The notes under the pieces were generated by a model, which saw nothing but the letters and a program-made list of their open reading frames with translations, did no database searches and was not told the DNA's origin. From Acidimicrobiales bacterium (lineage in GTDB: Bacteria > Actinomycetota > Acidimicrobiia > Acidimicrobiales > Aldehydirespiratoraceae), in the NCBI GenBank assembly GCA_965117015.1, contig OZ220747.1, positions 2,708,247 through 2,772,246 of the forward strand: 64,000 bases of DNA, in the 5' to 3' direction. The number at the start of each line of letters is the position of its first letter. The first letter of the stretch is position 1. This document shows, piece after piece, positions 12,611-24,512 of this stretch. The position numbers were made by a program, and so were the translations under genes.

Positions 12611-15600
12611 ATGGCTGCCGACCCCGCACAGCCCCAGGGCCTCTACGACCCGCAGAACGAGCACGACGCCTGCGGCGTCAGCTTCGTGTGCAACATCAGC
12701 GGGAAGGCCTCCCACAGCGTGGTGGCTCTGGGCGTGCGTGCCCTGTGCAATCTCGAGCATCGGGGGGCGCTGGGAGCCGACCCGCTCACCGGCGACGGCG
12801 CCGGCATCCTGATCCAGATACCGGACCGGTTCCTGCGCGACGTGGTGGACTACGAACTCCCGCCCGCCGGCCAGTACGCCACCGGCATCGGGTTCCTGCC
12901 TCCCGCCCGGGATGACGCCGAGAAGGCGGCGGCCCAGGTGGAGCGCATCGTGCGGTCCGAGGGACTGTATGTGATCGGGTGGCGGGACGTCCCCGTCGAC
13001 ACCGCGGTGTTGGGCTCGGGCTCGCGGGCGGCGATGCCCAGCTTCCGCCAGGTGTTCATCGCCGGCGACGACCTCGCGGGCATCGACCTGGACCGGCGGG
13101 TCTACATCGTGCGCAAGCGCATCGAGCACGAGATCGGGCCGGAGGGCGCCGGCTACGAGGCGGCCGAGGACGACGACGCGGCCATAGGCAACGCCGCACC
13201 GCCCCACGCCGGCGTCTACTTCCCGAGCCTCAGCGCCAGGACGCTTGTCTACAAGGGGATGCTGATGTCCCGCCAGCTCACGTCGTTCTACGCCGATCTG
13301 CGCGACGAGCGGATCGAGAGCGCGCTGGCACTGGTCCACTCCCGCTTCTCCACCAACACCTTCCCGTCGTGGCCGCTGGCCCACCCCTACCGCATGATCG
13401 CCCACAACGGAGAGATCAACACCATCGCCGGCAACCGCAACTGGATGCGGGCCCGCGAGACGCTGCTGTCGTCGCCATCGCTGGAGGGCCTGGAGAGAGC
13501 TTTCCCCATCTGCACGCCCGGCGCCAGCGACACCGCCGGCTTCGACGAGGTGCTCGAACTACTGACACTGGGCGGCTACTCGGTGGCCGAGGCGGTCCTG
13601 ATGATGATCCCCGAGCCCTGGGAACATCACGCCGAGATGACTGCCGAGCGCAAGGCCTTCTACCAGTACCACGCCACCCGGATGGAGCCTTGGGACGGCC
13701 CGGCCTCTATCGCGTTCACCGACGGAACGGTGATCGGCGCGGTTCTCGACCGCAACGGGCTGCGTCCCTCGCGCTACATGGTCACCAGCGACGGTCTGGT
13801 GGTCATGGCGTCCGAGACCGGCGTGATCGACGTGCCGCAATCCTCGGTGGTGGAGAAGGGCCGCCTGCAGCCCGGGCGCATGTTCCTGATCGACACCGCC
13901 GAGGGCCGCATCGTGCGCGACGACGAGATCAAGGACCGCCTGGCCTCGGCCCGCCCCTACGGCCGGTGGCTGGACCAGAACCTGGTGCACGTCGACGACC
14001 TGCCTGCGCGTGACTTGTCCCGCCGTGACGAGGGGTCGCTGATGCAGCGCCAGCAGATGTTCGGCCACACCCACGAGGAGCACCGCCTGCTGCTGGCTCC
14101 CATGGCCATCGACGGCAAGGAAGCCTTGGGCTCGATGGGCACCGACACGCCGCCGGCGGTGCTGTCAGACCGGGCCCGGCCGATCTACGACTACTTCAAG
14201 CAGCTCTTCGCACAGGTCACGAACCCGCCGCTGGACGCCATCCGGGAGGAACTAGTCACCTCGCTGTACGCCCGGGTCGGCCCAGAAGGAAACCTCTTCG
14301 ACCCGCAGCCGGCGTCGTGCCGGACCGTTCACCTCGACAGCCCCGTCATCACCGACGAGGAGCTGGCCCGGCTGGTCGGCATTGACGGGCCCGGGGGCCT
14401 CGGGGACTTCCATGCCGAGGTGCTCAGCGCGCTGTACCCGGTCGCCGACGGCGGCGACGGCCTGCGGCGCGCCCTGGACGGGCTGTGCGAGGCAGCCTCG
14501 GACGCCATAGCCGCCGGAGCCAGCATGCTCGTGGTGTCCGACCGGGGCAGCGACGAGCGGATGGCGCCGATCCCGTCGCTACTGGCCGTCTCCGCCGTGC
14601 ACCAGCACCTTGTGCGGGAGCGCACCCGCACAAGGGTGGGGCTGGTGTCGGAGTCCGGCGACGCCCGCGAGGTCCACCACCTGTGCCTGCATCTCGGCTA
14701 CGGCGCCAACGCGGTCAACCCCTACCTTGCCTTCGAGACCATCTCCCAGATGGTGTCGGAGGGACTCCACGGCCTGGATCCCTCGGTCGGGGTCGAGGCC
14801 GCGCACCGCAGCTTCGTGAAGGCCGCCTGCTCGGGGATCCTCAAGGTGATGTCGAAGATGGGCATCTCCACAGTGGCCTCCTACACCGGCGCCCAGATAT
14901 TCGAGGCCATCGGGCTGGGGCCCGAGCTGGTGGACAAGCACTTCACCGGAACGGCCAGCCGCCTGGGAGGCATCGGGCTGGAGGAGATCGCGGCTGCGGT
15001 GGCGGTCCGCCACCGGCGGGCCTTCCCCGCGAACGCCACCCGGCGGGCCCACCGCACCATCGAGGCCGGCGGCGAGTACCAGTGGCGGCGCGAGGGCGAG
15101 TACCACCTGTTCAACCCCGAGACAGTGTTCAAGCTCCAGCACGCCACCCGCGAGCGCCGCTTCGACATCTTCCGGGAGTACACCCAGCGCGTCGACGACC
15201 AGTCCAGCCGCCTGGGCACCCTCAGAGGGCTGTTCCGGCTCCGCACCGGAGCCCGGCCACCGGTGCCTCTCGACGAGGTCGAGCCGGTCGCGGCGATCGT
15301 GAAGCGCTTCGCCACCGGCGCCATGAGCTACGGATCGATCTCCAAGGAGGCCCACGAGACCCTGGCCATCGCCATGAACCGCATCGGGGGCAAGTCCAAC
15401 ACCGGCGAGGGCGGCGAGGACGCCGACCGCTACATCAGAGATCCCAACGGCGACCTGAGGCGCAGCGCGGTCAAGCAGGCCGCGTCGGGGCGCTTCGGGG
15501 TGACCAGCGAGTACCTGGTCAACGCGGACGACATCCAGATCAAGATGGCCCAGGGGGCCAAGCCCGGCGAGGGCGGCCAGCTGCCGGGCCACAAGGTGTA

Positions 15601-17224
15601 CCCGTGGATCGCCAAGACCCGCCACTCCACGCCCGGGGTGGGGCTCATCTCCCCGCCGCCCCACCACGACATCTACTCCATCGAGGATCTGGCCCAGTTG
15701 ATCCACGACCTCAAGAACGCCAACCCCGCGGCCCGCATCCACGTGAAGCTGGTGGCCGAGGTGGGGGTGGGCACGGTGGCCGCCGGGGTGTCCAAGGCCC
15801 ACGCCGACGTGGTGCTCATCTCCGGCCACGACGGCGGCACGGGGGCCTCGCCGTTGACGTCCATCAAGCACGCCGGCGCGCCCTGGGAGCTGGGGCTGGC
15901 CGAGACCCAGCAGACGCTGCTCCTCAACGATCTGCGGGACCGCATCGTGGTGCAGGTCGACGGCCAGCTCAAGACCGGCCGCGACGTGGTGATCGCTGCG
16001 CTGCTGGGGGCCGAGGAGTTCGGGTTCGCCACCGCGCCGCTGGTGGTGATGGGCTGCGTGATGATGCGGGTGTGCCACCTCGACACCTGCCCGGTGGGGG
16101 TGGCCACCCAGAACCCCGAACTGCGCAAGAAGTTCTCGGGCCAGGCCACCTTCGTGGTCAACTTCTTCGAGTTCATCGCCGAAGAGGTGCGCGAGATGCT
16201 GTCGGAACTCGGCTTCCGCAGTATCGAGGAGGCTGTCGGCCAGGTCGAGATGCTCGACGTGACCGACGCGGTCGACCACTGGAAGGCCTCGGGCTTGGAC
16301 CTCACGCCCATCCTGCACCTGCCGACCATCCCGGAGGATGCCGTGCGCCACCAGCGAGCGGAGCAGGACCACGGCTTGGACCGGGCCCTCGACCAGATGC
16401 TGATCCAGTTGGCCGAGGGCGCTCTGTCCGACAGCCGTCCGGTGACCATCGACATTCCCATCCGCAACACCAACCGCACGGTCGGCACGCTGCTGGGCAG
16501 CGAGCTGACCCGGTGCTACGGCGCGGCCGGCCTGCCCGACGACACCATCGTCGTGAACTTCACGGGCTCGGCCGGAACATCCTTCGGGGCGTTCGTTCCC
16601 CGGGGCATAACCCTGCGCCTCGAGGGCGACGCCAACGACTACGTCGGCAAGGGCCTGTCGGGCGGCCGCATCGTCGTGCGCCCGCCGGCCGACGCCAACT
16701 TCGCGGCGGAGCGCAACGTCATCGCGGGCAACGTCATCGGCTATGGCGCCACGTCGGGCGAGATGTATCTGCGGGGCCTGGTGGGGGAGCGGTTCTGCGT
16801 GCGCAACTCGGGGGCCATCGCGGTGGTCGAAGGCGTCGGCGACCACGGGTGCGAGTACATGACCGGCGGGCGCACGGTGGTACTGGGCCCGGTGGGGCGC
16901 AACTTCGCGGCCGGAATGTCGGGCGGCATCGCCTTCGTCTACGACCCCGGCGGCAAGCTGCCGGTACGGGTGAATCCCGAGATGGTGGAGCTGGAGGAGC
17001 TCGACGGCGAGGACTTCGTGTGGCTGCGGCACCGGGTGGAGCGCCATCGCCACGAGACCGGCAGCGAGGTGGCTGCTCGGCTGTTGGGCGACTGGGCCTC
17101 AGCCTCCAAGAAGTTCGTGAAGGTGATGCCCGTCGACTACAAGCGGGTGCTGCTTGCGGCCGAGCAGGCCAAGGTCGAGGGCATCGACGAGGTGGCCGCG
17201 GTGATGGCCGCGGCCCACGGCTAA
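12611..17224 (+). CDS. gltB: glutamate synthase large subunit
   Basis: 1537 aa. N-terminal CGVSFV amidotransferase Cys, then FMN, Fe-S and GXGXG domains. Unambiguous family pattern. Confidence 0.97.
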   Translation: MAADPAQPQGLYDPQNEHDACGVSFVCNISGKASHSVVALGVRALCNLEHRGALGADPLTGDGAGILIQIPDRFLRDVVDYELPPAGQYATGIGFLPPARDDAEKAAAQVERIVRSEGLYVIGWRDVPVDTAVLGSGSRAAMPSFRQVFIAGDDLAGIDLDRRVYIVRKRIEHEIGPEGAGYEAAEDDDAAIGNAAPPHAGVYFPSLSARTLVYKGMLMSRQLTSFYADLRDERIESALALVHSRFSTNTFPSWPLAHPYRMIAHNGEINTIAGNRNWMRARETLLSSPSLEGLERAFPICTPGASDTAGFDEVLELLTLGGYSVAEAVLMMIPEPWEHHAEMTAERKAFYQYHATRMEPWDGPASIAFTDGTVIGAVLDRNGLRPSRYMVTSDGLVVMASETGVIDVPQSSVVEKGRLQPGRMFLIDTAEGRIVRDDEIKDRLASARPYGRWLDQNLVHVDDLPARDLSRRDEGSLMQRQQMFGHTHEEHRLLLAPMAIDGKEALGSMGTDTPPAVLSDRARPIYDYFKQLFAQVTNPPLDAIREELVTSLYARVGPEGNLFDPQPASCRTVHLDSPVITDEELARLVGIDGPGGLGDFHAEVLSALYPVADGGDGLRRALDGLCEAASDAIAAGASMLVVSDRGSDERMAPIPSLLAVSAVHQHLVRERTRTRVGLVSESGDAREVHHLCLHLGYGANAVNPYLAFETISQMVSEGLHGLDPSVGVEAAHRSFVKAACSGILKVMSKMGISTVASYTGAQIFEAIGLGPELVDKHFTGTASRLGGIGLEEIAAAVAVRHRRAFPANATRRAHRTIEAGGEYQWRREGEYHLFNPETVFKLQHATRERRFDIFREYTQRVDDQSSRLGTLRGLFRLRTGARPPVPLDEVEPVAAIVKRFATGAMSYGSISKEAHETLAIAMNRIGGKSNTGEGGEDADRYIRDPNGDLRRSAVKQAASGRFGVTSEYLVNADDIQIKMAQGAKPGEGGQLPGHKVYPWIAKTRHSTPGVGLISPPPHHDIYSIEDLAQLIHDLKNANPAARIHVKLVAEVGVGTVAAGVSKAHADVVLISGHDGGTGASPLTSIKHAGAPWELGLAETQQTLLLNDLRDRIVVQVDGQLKTGRDVVIAALLGAEEFGFATAPLVVMGCVMMRVCHLDTCPVGVATQNPELRKKFSGQATFVVNFFEFIAEEVREMLSELGFRSIEEAVGQVEMLDVTDAVDHWKASGLDLTPILHLPTIPEDAVRHQRAEQDHGLDRALDQMLIQLAEGALSDSRPVTIDIPIRNTNRTVGTLLGSELTRCYGAAGLPDDTIVVNFTGSAGTSFGAFVPRGITLRLEGDANDYVGKGLSGGRIVVRPPADANFAAERNVIAGNVIGYGATSGEMYLRGLVGERFCVRNSGAIAVVEGVGDHGCEYMTGGRTVVLGPVGRNFAAGMSGGIAFVYDPGGKLPVRVNPEMVELEELDGEDFVWLRHRVERHRHETGSEVAARLLGDWASASKKFVKVMPVDYKRVLLAAEQAKVEGIDEVAAVMAAAHG

Positions 17225-17235
17225 GGGACCTCCGT

Positions 17236-18699
<1,464 letters not shown>

Positions 18700-18704
18700 A
18701 GCGC

Positions 18705-18812
18705 TTGTTCCGGCCGGCGGGTTTATTGCCTCCTGGTGGGGTTTCCCGGCCGGCGGGTTCTGTGTCGTTCGGTGGGGCGTCCCGGCCGGCGGGTCCTGTC
18801 GCCGGGCTCCGT
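18705..18812. repeat. 36-nt tandem direct repeat x3 containing the core (C)CCGGCCGGCGGGT
   Basis: The core recurs at 18709-18722, 18745-18758 and 18781-18794 (period 36). The frame continuous with the downstream ORF uses rare A/T-ending codons here (tta, ttg, cct, tct), which argues that the repeats are non-coding. Confidence 0.8.
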
Positions 18813-18833
18813 CCGGTCGACGGGCTTCGCCCA

Positions 18834-20465
18834 TTGTCGACCGCCCGGACTCGTCGCCACCCCCCGGCCTGGCGGGCCGCTGCCCGGCTTGCCGCAGCCG
18901 TTGTGCTCGTCTTCTCGATGGTTGCTTCCGGGTGTGGGTCTGATGGGTCTGGTGGGGGAGAGGAGCCGACGCCCGTAGTCGAAGCGGCGCCGCTGGAGCC
19001 TGGGCCTGAGGATGGTGCGGCTGTCGGGGCTGAGGTTGAAGATGAGCGTGTTGCTGAGTCTCCGACGACGACGACGACGACCGAGCCCGTTCCTGAGGAG
19101 CCGAGCGAGGAGATGGAGGCCGCAGTAGAGCCGGAGGTTGTTCCGGAGTCTGCTGAAGAAGAGTCTGTTGAGTTTGCGACGGTTCGGTTCGTTAGTCAGA
19201 ACATCTTGCATGGGGTTGGGTGTTCGCTGGAGAGTGACTCTTGTGCGGTGGGGGAGCGGGTGGCTTTGTTCATGGGGCAGTTGGGGGCGGCGGGGTGTCC
19301 TGAGCTGGTTTCGGTGCAGGAGGCCAATGAGCGGATTGTGGGTTTGATCGAGGCTGAGGCTGGTGGCTGTGGGTATGAGGTTGTGTGGGACGGCGATCCT
19401 GGACTTGATCGGGAGGTTGTGCTGACCATCCTGGAGGTGGTCGGTGCGCAGCGGCGGGTGCTGGCCGACCGGTTCCGCTCGGCCTATCTGGTGCGGGTGG
19501 CGTCGCCGATCGGGGTGGTCGACTTCCTGACCACGCACCTGGCCTCGGGGAGCGACGACCGGGCTTGCAGTGTCGAGCTGTGCCCACCGCCGTGCGACCC
19601 GGCCGGGAGCCTGCGAGCGTGCCAGGCCCGGCAGGTGCTCGAGTTCGCCCGCGAGGCGGCCGTGCCCGGAGGCGTGACTGTCGTGGGGGGCGACCTGAAC
19701 GACGTGGCCGGCAGTCCGACGTTGGCGGTGTTCGGCGAGGCCGGGTTCGTGGACTCTCATCTGGCCGCGGGGCACGCTGAGTGTGATGCGGCCACCGGTG
19801 CTGGTTGTACAGCTGGACGCGACGACGCGACTCTGGACGACATGGCTGATCCGGCCAGCCTCCAGCGTCGCCGCATCGACTACCTGCTGTACTCGGCTCC
19901 GGGCCGGGACTGCGCGGTGGCCGGCGGCACCGGGCTGTTCAACGCCGAGCCCGCTTCCGGCGGGCTGGCCTTCCCGTCCGACCACACCGGCGTGGCTCTG
20001 GCCTTGGCCTGTGATGCGGGCGGGGTTGATCCGGCCGTGGCGGACTTGGCCCTTCCGGACGAGCCCGAGCCGGCTGCCGAGCCGGAAGGTCAGCCGGTCG
20101 ACTCGGTCGCGGCCGAAGCGATCACCACCGCGTTCGAGGTCTTCTTCGACGGGTCGATCGCCGACATCGAGGCGCGCATCGACCAGGTCGAGGATTTCGC
20201 CGGCATGCGGGAGGCCGCCCGCCTCACGTTCGAGAGCTCGGGGGACACGGGCGCCGCCGTCCGGGGCCGGGTCGACTCGATCTCGCGGACCTCGAGCACA
20301 ACCGCCGAGGTCGCCTACTCGATCCTGTTGAACGACCAGGTCATCTTCGATGGTCGGATCGGCCAGGCAGTCCTGGCCGGCGGCCGCTGGCTCGTGTCGA
20401 GGGCCACCTTCTGCGATCTCGTGGCCCTGTCACCTGCCGCGGCGGAGATCACCGTCTGCCCATAG
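18834..20465 (+). CDS. secreted lipoprotein of the endonuclease/exonuclease/phosphatase (EEP) family
   Basis: My preferred start is the TTG at 18834. It gives a signal peptide with a lipobox-like VASGC. This is followed by an acidic T/E/P linker and an EEP core (VSQNILHG..., GGDLND, FPSDHTG) plus a C-terminal extra domain of about 130 aa. The tracked ORF starts at a TTG at 18705, inside the tandem repeats. Confidence 0.7.
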   Translation: MSTARTRRHPPAWRAAARLAAAVVLVFSMVASGCGSDGSGGGEEPTPVVEAAPLEPGPEDGAAVGAEVEDERVAESPTTTTTTEPVPEEPSEEMEAAVEPEVVPESAEEESVEFATVRFVSQNILHGVGCSLESDSCAVGERVALFMGQLGAAGCPELVSVQEANERIVGLIEAEAGGCGYEVVWDGDPGLDREVVLTILEVVGAQRRVLADRFRSAYLVRVASPIGVVDFLTTHLASGSDDRACSVELCPPPCDPAGSLRACQARQVLEFAREAAVPGGVTVVGGDLNDVAGSPTLAVFGEAGFVDSHLAAGHAECDAATGAGCTAGRDDATLDDMADPASLQRRRIDYLLYSAPGRDCAVAGGTGLFNAEPASGGLAFPSDHTGVALALACDAGGVDPAVADLALPDEPEPAAEPEGQPVDSVAAEAITTAFEVFFDGSIADIEARIDQVEDFAGMREAARLTFESSGDTGAAVRGRVDSISRTSSTTAEVAYSILLNDQVIFDGRIGQAVLAGGRWLVSRATFCDLVALSPAAAEITVCP

Positions 20466-20577
20466 GCCGAGCGCACGGCCGGGTTCAGTTCACCTAGCCT
20501 GCGTGCGAACTCGATACGGCATCTTGGCGTGCCTTCGGCCGTCTGCTAGACACTGAACCGACCATGGAGGTCCAACC

Positions 20578-20982
20578 ATGACCCAAGCCCCGCTCGACCA
20601 ATCGGCTGGCTCCGTGATCGACGCGCTCGACGCGCTCATCGCGGACGACACTGCATCGCTCGCGACCGGAGAATCGGTTGGCGCGGTGATCGAGGCGCTC
20701 GACGCCCTCCTCGCTGCCGGCATCGCGGCCCGGCAACGGCGGCAGGACGGCGGCGACGGCTTCGCCAGCCGCATCCAGCATGTCACTGCTCTGCGCGATG
20801 CGCTGGATGCAGCCGACGGCGATGCCGGCGGCCGGTTCCGGGATCTCATCGACGCTTTGGATGCCCGCATCGAGCGTCTAGGAATCCTGCGCGACGGCCT
20901 GCAACGCGCCGCGGACATCCAGGTCGAGGTGGGCAAGCGCCTCTACGGCCTGCGCGGCCGGCTCGCAGACTCCGAGTCCTAG
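20578..20982 (+). CDS. hypothetical small helical-repeat protein (four [VL]I[DE]ALDA repeats)
   Basis: ATG preceded by GGAGG. 134 aa, Ala/Asp-rich, with no recognisable family. The competing antisense ORF 20490..20936 has no RBS and an Arg/Ser/Ala-rich shadow-ORF composition. Confidence 0.55.
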   Translation: MTQAPLDQSAGSVIDALDALIADDTASLATGESVGAVIEALDALLAAGIAARQRRQDGGDGFASRIQHVTALRDALDAADGDAGGRFRDLIDALDARIERLGILRDGLQRAADIQVEVGKRLYGLRGRLADSES

Positions 20983-21085
20983 CCGGACTGGCTCCTCTAA
21001 GCCCTCTGCGGGGTCCATAGCGTCATCGACGGCTCTGGACGCGCCGGGGGTATACGCCTTGCACCGTTAGAGCACTGTTAGAGCT

Positions 21086-22726
21086 ATGCGTGCGCTCGGC
21101 ACTGCGGCCCAGGTCTCAATTCAATCCGCCGCCCGGGTAGTCCTGCTGCCGCTTCTGGTGGTGGAGCTTGCCGGCGACGCGGACGCATCGTGGGTCATCG
21201 TTGCCTCGCTGGTCGTGTGCGCCGCGGTCACCGCAGCGTCGATGATGCGTGTGGGCCCGCTGCGATCAACGAACCTCTACGTCGCGGTGGCCGACCCGAT
21301 GAGTATCCCGTTCTGCGTTCTTGCCCTTGAGTTCGGCGGGGCTGTGACGCTGGTTGTGCTGGTGGTGGTCACCGGGATGTCCCAGATCGCCGCCGGGTTG
21401 TGGCTGTCGAGCCTGCGAAGGTTCATCACCCCGGGCTTCTCCATCACCCTCGTGGTGCTGGCGTGCATATCGGTTCTACCGGTCTTCGCGCGTGCAATCG
21501 ATGCGCCGGCGGGCGCTCGATGGGCGGGCGCCGTGCCGGTGTGCATGGCGCTCACGGCCGCAGTGATCTACGCCATGAACAGACTCAAGTCCCCTGTGCT
21601 GAAACCATGGGCCCCACCGGCGGGGCTCGCGGTCGGCGCCGTCGCGGCTGCCGTCTACGGAATCTACGATGTCGATCTCGTCGCCGATGCGGCGTGGATC
21701 GGCCTGCCCGCATCGGGGTGGATCCCTAGCGGCAGCATCGACCTGTTGGCGGTGGCGATGCTGGTTCCGTCGTTTGTGATCCTGTCGCTGGTGCAAGTGG
21801 CCAGGGCCAACTCGTCGTCACTGATGACGCAGCTCGTCTCCGGGCGGTTGGTGCTGGACTTCAGGGAGGTGCAGAGGGCCAATGCCCGCATCGGCGCCGG
21901 CAATGTCCTGGCCGGTATCGGCGGCACCATTCCGTTGGGCTATTCGCCGGCCGGGCCCGCCGCGCTGCTGCAGACCGGCGGAGATTCCCGACGCATCCGC
22001 GCCCCGCTCCTCGCCCTCTTCGTCGCGGTGGCGGCTTCCCCGAAACTGCAGGCGGCCTTGATCGCGGTGCCGCGGGCCCTCATCGTCGTGTACTTCGTGT
22101 CCGTCCTGGTCATTTTGGTGGCGAAGCTGGTCCCGGTCAGCCCGTTCAAGGGGCGGGGCACCCCCGCAGTGATGTGGGTGCCGATCGGCGCAGGAGTCGT
22201 CTTCGAGGTCGCCGGGGCGGCGCTGGGGGACGCGGGGGGCCTCGATGCCGTCAACGGCCTCACGGCTGGCAGCATCGTGCTGATCGCGTTGACGGCGCGG
22301 CGGGCGCTGCGCACCGAACGGCACCGTGTCGACGTGCCGCTCGCCGCCTTCAGTGCCGAGGAGATCAAGGAGTTCGTCTCGAGCCTGCCTGTCGACAGTG
22401 AGGAGCTCAAGGACAGGCTCACCGCGGCCTCCGAGGAGGCGCTCATGGTGCTGATCCAGTCCGACGTCCACTCCTATGACCCCAACCGGCAGGTTCGGCT
22501 GACCGTGACCCTGCAGGGAGCCAATATCGAAGCTGAGTTCGTGGCCGCGCCGTCAGGTGCCCAGAACCTCCAGGAACGCATCATGTTGCTGTCGGAGCCC
22601 GAGGCACGCGATTTGGAGGCGGTCGTCGAGCGTGATGCCGCGCTGCGGTTGTTGAACCATTACGCGACGTCGGTGACTCACCGCCAGTATCGCGATGTGG
22701 AGGTAATCACCGCGGTCGTGGCCTAG
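21086..22726 (+). CDS. polytopic permease-like membrane protein (NCS2/SulP-like pattern) with a cytosolic C-terminal domain of about 140 aa
   Basis: About 400 aa of hydrophobic segments. One stretch, GNVLAGIGGTIPLGYSPAGPAALLQTGG, resembles the NCS2 signature region. A soluble C-terminal domain of unknown family follows. The family assignment is tentative. Confidence 0.55.
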   Translation: MRALGTAAQVSIQSAARVVLLPLLVVELAGDADASWVIVASLVVCAAVTAASMMRVGPLRSTNLYVAVADPMSIPFCVLALEFGGAVTLVVLVVVTGMSQIAAGLWLSSLRRFITPGFSITLVVLACISVLPVFARAIDAPAGARWAGAVPVCMALTAAVIYAMNRLKSPVLKPWAPPAGLAVGAVAAAVYGIYDVDLVADAAWIGLPASGWIPSGSIDLLAVAMLVPSFVILSLVQVARANSSSLMTQLVSGRLVLDFREVQRANARIGAGNVLAGIGGTIPLGYSPAGPAALLQTGGDSRRIRAPLLALFVAVAASPKLQAALIAVPRALIVVYFVSVLVILVAKLVPVSPFKGRGTPAVMWVPIGAGVVFEVAGAALGDAGGLDAVNGLTAGSIVLIALTARRALRTERHRVDVPLAAFSAEEIKEFVSSLPVDSEELKDRLTAASEEALMVLIQSDVHSYDPNRQVRLTVTLQGANIEAEFVAAPSGAQNLQERIMLLSEPEARDLEAVVERDAALRLLNHYATSVTHRQYRDVEVITAVVA

Positions 22727-22751
22727 AGCGGGCGCACGCAGGGGGTGTTGA

Positions 22752-23648
22752 TCAGGCCAGCGAGGCGAAGACGATCACGTTGTCCTCATAGGTCCTCACG
22801 CCGAAATCGAAGTCGCCGCCGCAGGTGACCAGCCGGAGCGTCGGCTGGTCGGTCGGCCCGTAGACCGCGTCGGTGGGGAACTCGTCCTTGTCGTGACGCT
22901 CGGTGGCCTCGACCACGTAGGTGATGGTCGATCCGTCCACCCGGTCGATGTGGATCTGGTCACCGGGGTCCAGGTACTGCAGGTAGAAGAACACGGCCGG
23001 CCCCTCCTCCTGGGAATCCACATGACCGAGGATCACGGCCGGTCCGGTCTCGCCCGGTTCGGGGCCGCCCAGCCACCAGCCCGCCTGGTCCGGATCCTCC
23101 GGCACCTCGATCGAACCGTCTTCCTGGAGGCCGAGGGGGATGATGGACGCTTCCACTTCGAGCCTCGGGATGCGGATGACGGCGGGGTTGGGCGCCTGCA
23201 TCCGGGCGTCGGTGACCGCGTCGAGGCTCAAGTGGTCCGCCATCGGCGAGTAGTCCCACGACGCCGCGGCTATACCGGCACCGGCGGCCGTTGTGACCGG
23301 GGCCAGATCGGGCTCAGCAACCGAGGCCGACGGCTCCACCGCGATGAGCGTCGTTGCCGCGGTGGTAGTCGGCGCTCCCGGGTCGGTCGTCGACATCTCC
23401 GTCGCAGCTGCCGGTGCTTCCGTCGCGATCGCGAGCGCTTCTGTCGCGGCCGTCGGTGACGATTCTTCCGCGGCCGTAGCCGGGGGGTCGGCGGCCGCGG
23501 TTTCGCTCGAGGTTGCCGGCGCTGAACTAGCGGGCGCCGGAACGATCACGCGCCCGGGGTCGGAGCTGCAGGACGCGACTGCGGCAGCGGCGATGAGAGC
23601 CGCTGCCGCAGTCCGGAGTCTTGCCGCCGAGGGCTTGGTGTTCGCCAT
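22752..23648 (-). CDS. class F sortase
   Basis: C-terminal domain shows the class F pattern: IRIPRLEVEASIIPLG, AGWW..GPEPGETGPAVILGHVD, GPAVFFYL, catalytic TLRLVTCGG and DNVIVFA. N-terminal signal/anchor ending in VASCSS, then an Ala/Thr/Pro-rich linker. Confidence 0.9.
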   Translation of the reverse strand: MANTKPSAARLRTAAAALIAAAAVASCSSDPGRVIVPAPASSAPATSSETAAADPPATAAEESSPTAATEALAIATEAPAAATEMSTTDPGAPTTTAATTLIAVEPSASVAEPDLAPVTTAAGAGIAAASWDYSPMADHLSLDAVTDARMQAPNPAVIRIPRLEVEASIIPLGLQEDGSIEVPEDPDQAGWWLGGPEPGETGPAVILGHVDSQEEGPAVFFYLQYLDPGDQIHIDRVDGSTITYVVEATERHDKDEFPTDAVYGPTDQPTLRLVTCGGDFDFGVRTYEDNVIVFASLA

Positions 23649-23679
23649 GAACTCCCGCCCTTAGCGGGTTGGTTGTCTG

Positions 23680-24279
23680 TTAGGCGTGGCGCCTGGTGAC
23701 GAGCGCAGCCCCGCCGAGCAGGACTACCGCCGCCAGGGTGGCGGCCAGCGGGACGGCCACGCTGTTGCCGTCGGATCCGGCCGTGCCGCCGAAGCCGGTC
23801 TCAGCTGCACCCTCCGGAGCCATGTCGTCGCCCATGTCGTCGCCCATGTCCTCCGCGATGAAGAGGATTGGAGCAGCGCTGTCCTCAGTGCTCGCGGCAT
23901 CTCCGGCGCCGAACGCGAAGTTGGCCGGTACGTCGTGGGTGATCTCGGCCGTGAAGGTGCCATCACCGCCCACAGGGATGGGCGCGCCCAGGGGTGCGAG
24001 GATGCAGTCTTCCTGACCCATGCCCTCCAAAGCGGCCACGATCATGTCGGTTGGCGTCGCGGTCGTGAACTGCTCGCCGGGGACGGTGCAGGGCACGATG
24101 AAGACGATCAGGCCGGGACTCCAGCCCGATCCGGTGAGCGTGAAGGTGTAGGTCCCCGGTCCTTCCACGGCCGGCGGGTCTGCTGTGAGCAACGGTCCGT
24201 CCTGAGCCGAGGCCTGGCTGGTCAGCACCAACAGGGCCAGCACGCTCACGATGGCCGTCAGCGCCATGATTCTCTTCAT
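23680..24279 (-). CDS. sortase-substrate-like cell-surface protein, paralogue 1
   Basis: Signal peptide MKRIMALTAIVSVLALLVLTSQASA, a two-Cys domain of about 100 aa, and a DMGDDMGDDM tract. The C-terminal sorting signal is PEGAAETG, then a spacer, a hydrophobic helix and TRRHA. Confidence 0.8.
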   Translation of the reverse strand: MKRIMALTAIVSVLALLVLTSQASAQDGPLLTADPPAVEGPGTYTFTLTGSGWSPGLIVFIVPCTVPGEQFTTATPTDMIVAALEGMGQEDCILAPLGAPIPVGGDGTFTAEITHDVPANFAFGAGDAASTEDSAAPILFIAEDMGDDMGDDMAPEGAAETGFGGTAGSDGNSVAVPLAATLAAVVLLGGAALVTRRHA

Positions 24280-24373
24280 CAGTTCTGTCCTTTCGTGGAG
24301 CTAGCAGCTCTACCTGTACCTATACAGCCCCCGCTGCACGCGCTGTAGGCACGCGCAACCGCAACTGCGGGCG

Positions 24374-24379
24374 ATTATA
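24374..24379 (-). promoter_or_regulatory. -10 hexamer TATAAT about 95 nt upstream of surface-protein paralogue 1
   Basis: Plus strand reads ATTATA at 24374-24379. The homologous positions upstream of paralogues 2 and 3 read TATACT (25181-25186) and TATCCT (26292-26297). Confidence 0.4.
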
Positions 24380-24410
24380 CACACGCGTGTCCTGCCGGGT
24401 GAGGTAACGC

Positions 24411-24488
24411 GACTGCGGCAGCGACCATGAAAGCCGCTGCCGCAGTCCGCAGTCTTGCCGCCCGGGCTCGGTGTCCGTTACAGACTCC
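24411..24488 (-). pseudogene. remnant of the sortase gene 5' end (start codon lost) downstream of surface-protein paralogue 2
   Basis: Aligns by eye with 23577-23654, the sortase start and signal-peptide coding region. The CAT start complement is replaced (gttacagact versus gccatgaact). The hairpin CTGCGGCAGCG/CGCTGCCGCAG is retained at 24413-24445. Confidence 0.7.
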
Positions 24489-24512
24489 AGCGCCCGGCGG
24501 GTTGGTTTGTCG

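Noticed and set aside
14579-17053. 824-aa minus-strand ORF, plus the 5' part (14485-17235) of the 1404-aa plus-strand ORF
   Set aside because: Both overlap gltB in other frames and have Arg/Gly/His-rich nonsense-like composition. Only the 17236-18699 portion (gltD) is real.
18705-18833. TTG at 18705 as the start of the EEP lipoprotein, which would make the 36-nt repeats coding
   Set aside because: It lies only 5 nt (18700-18704) after the gltD stop, with no RBS. The codons are rare, and a canonical lipoprotein signal peptide begins at 18834. I kept it as an alternative in the feature note.
20490-20936. 148-aa minus-strand ORF opposite the IDALDA-repeat gene
   Set aside because: It has no RBS and Arg/Ser/Ala-rich shadow composition. 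The plus-strand frame has GGAGG-N7-ATG and a regular helical repeat.
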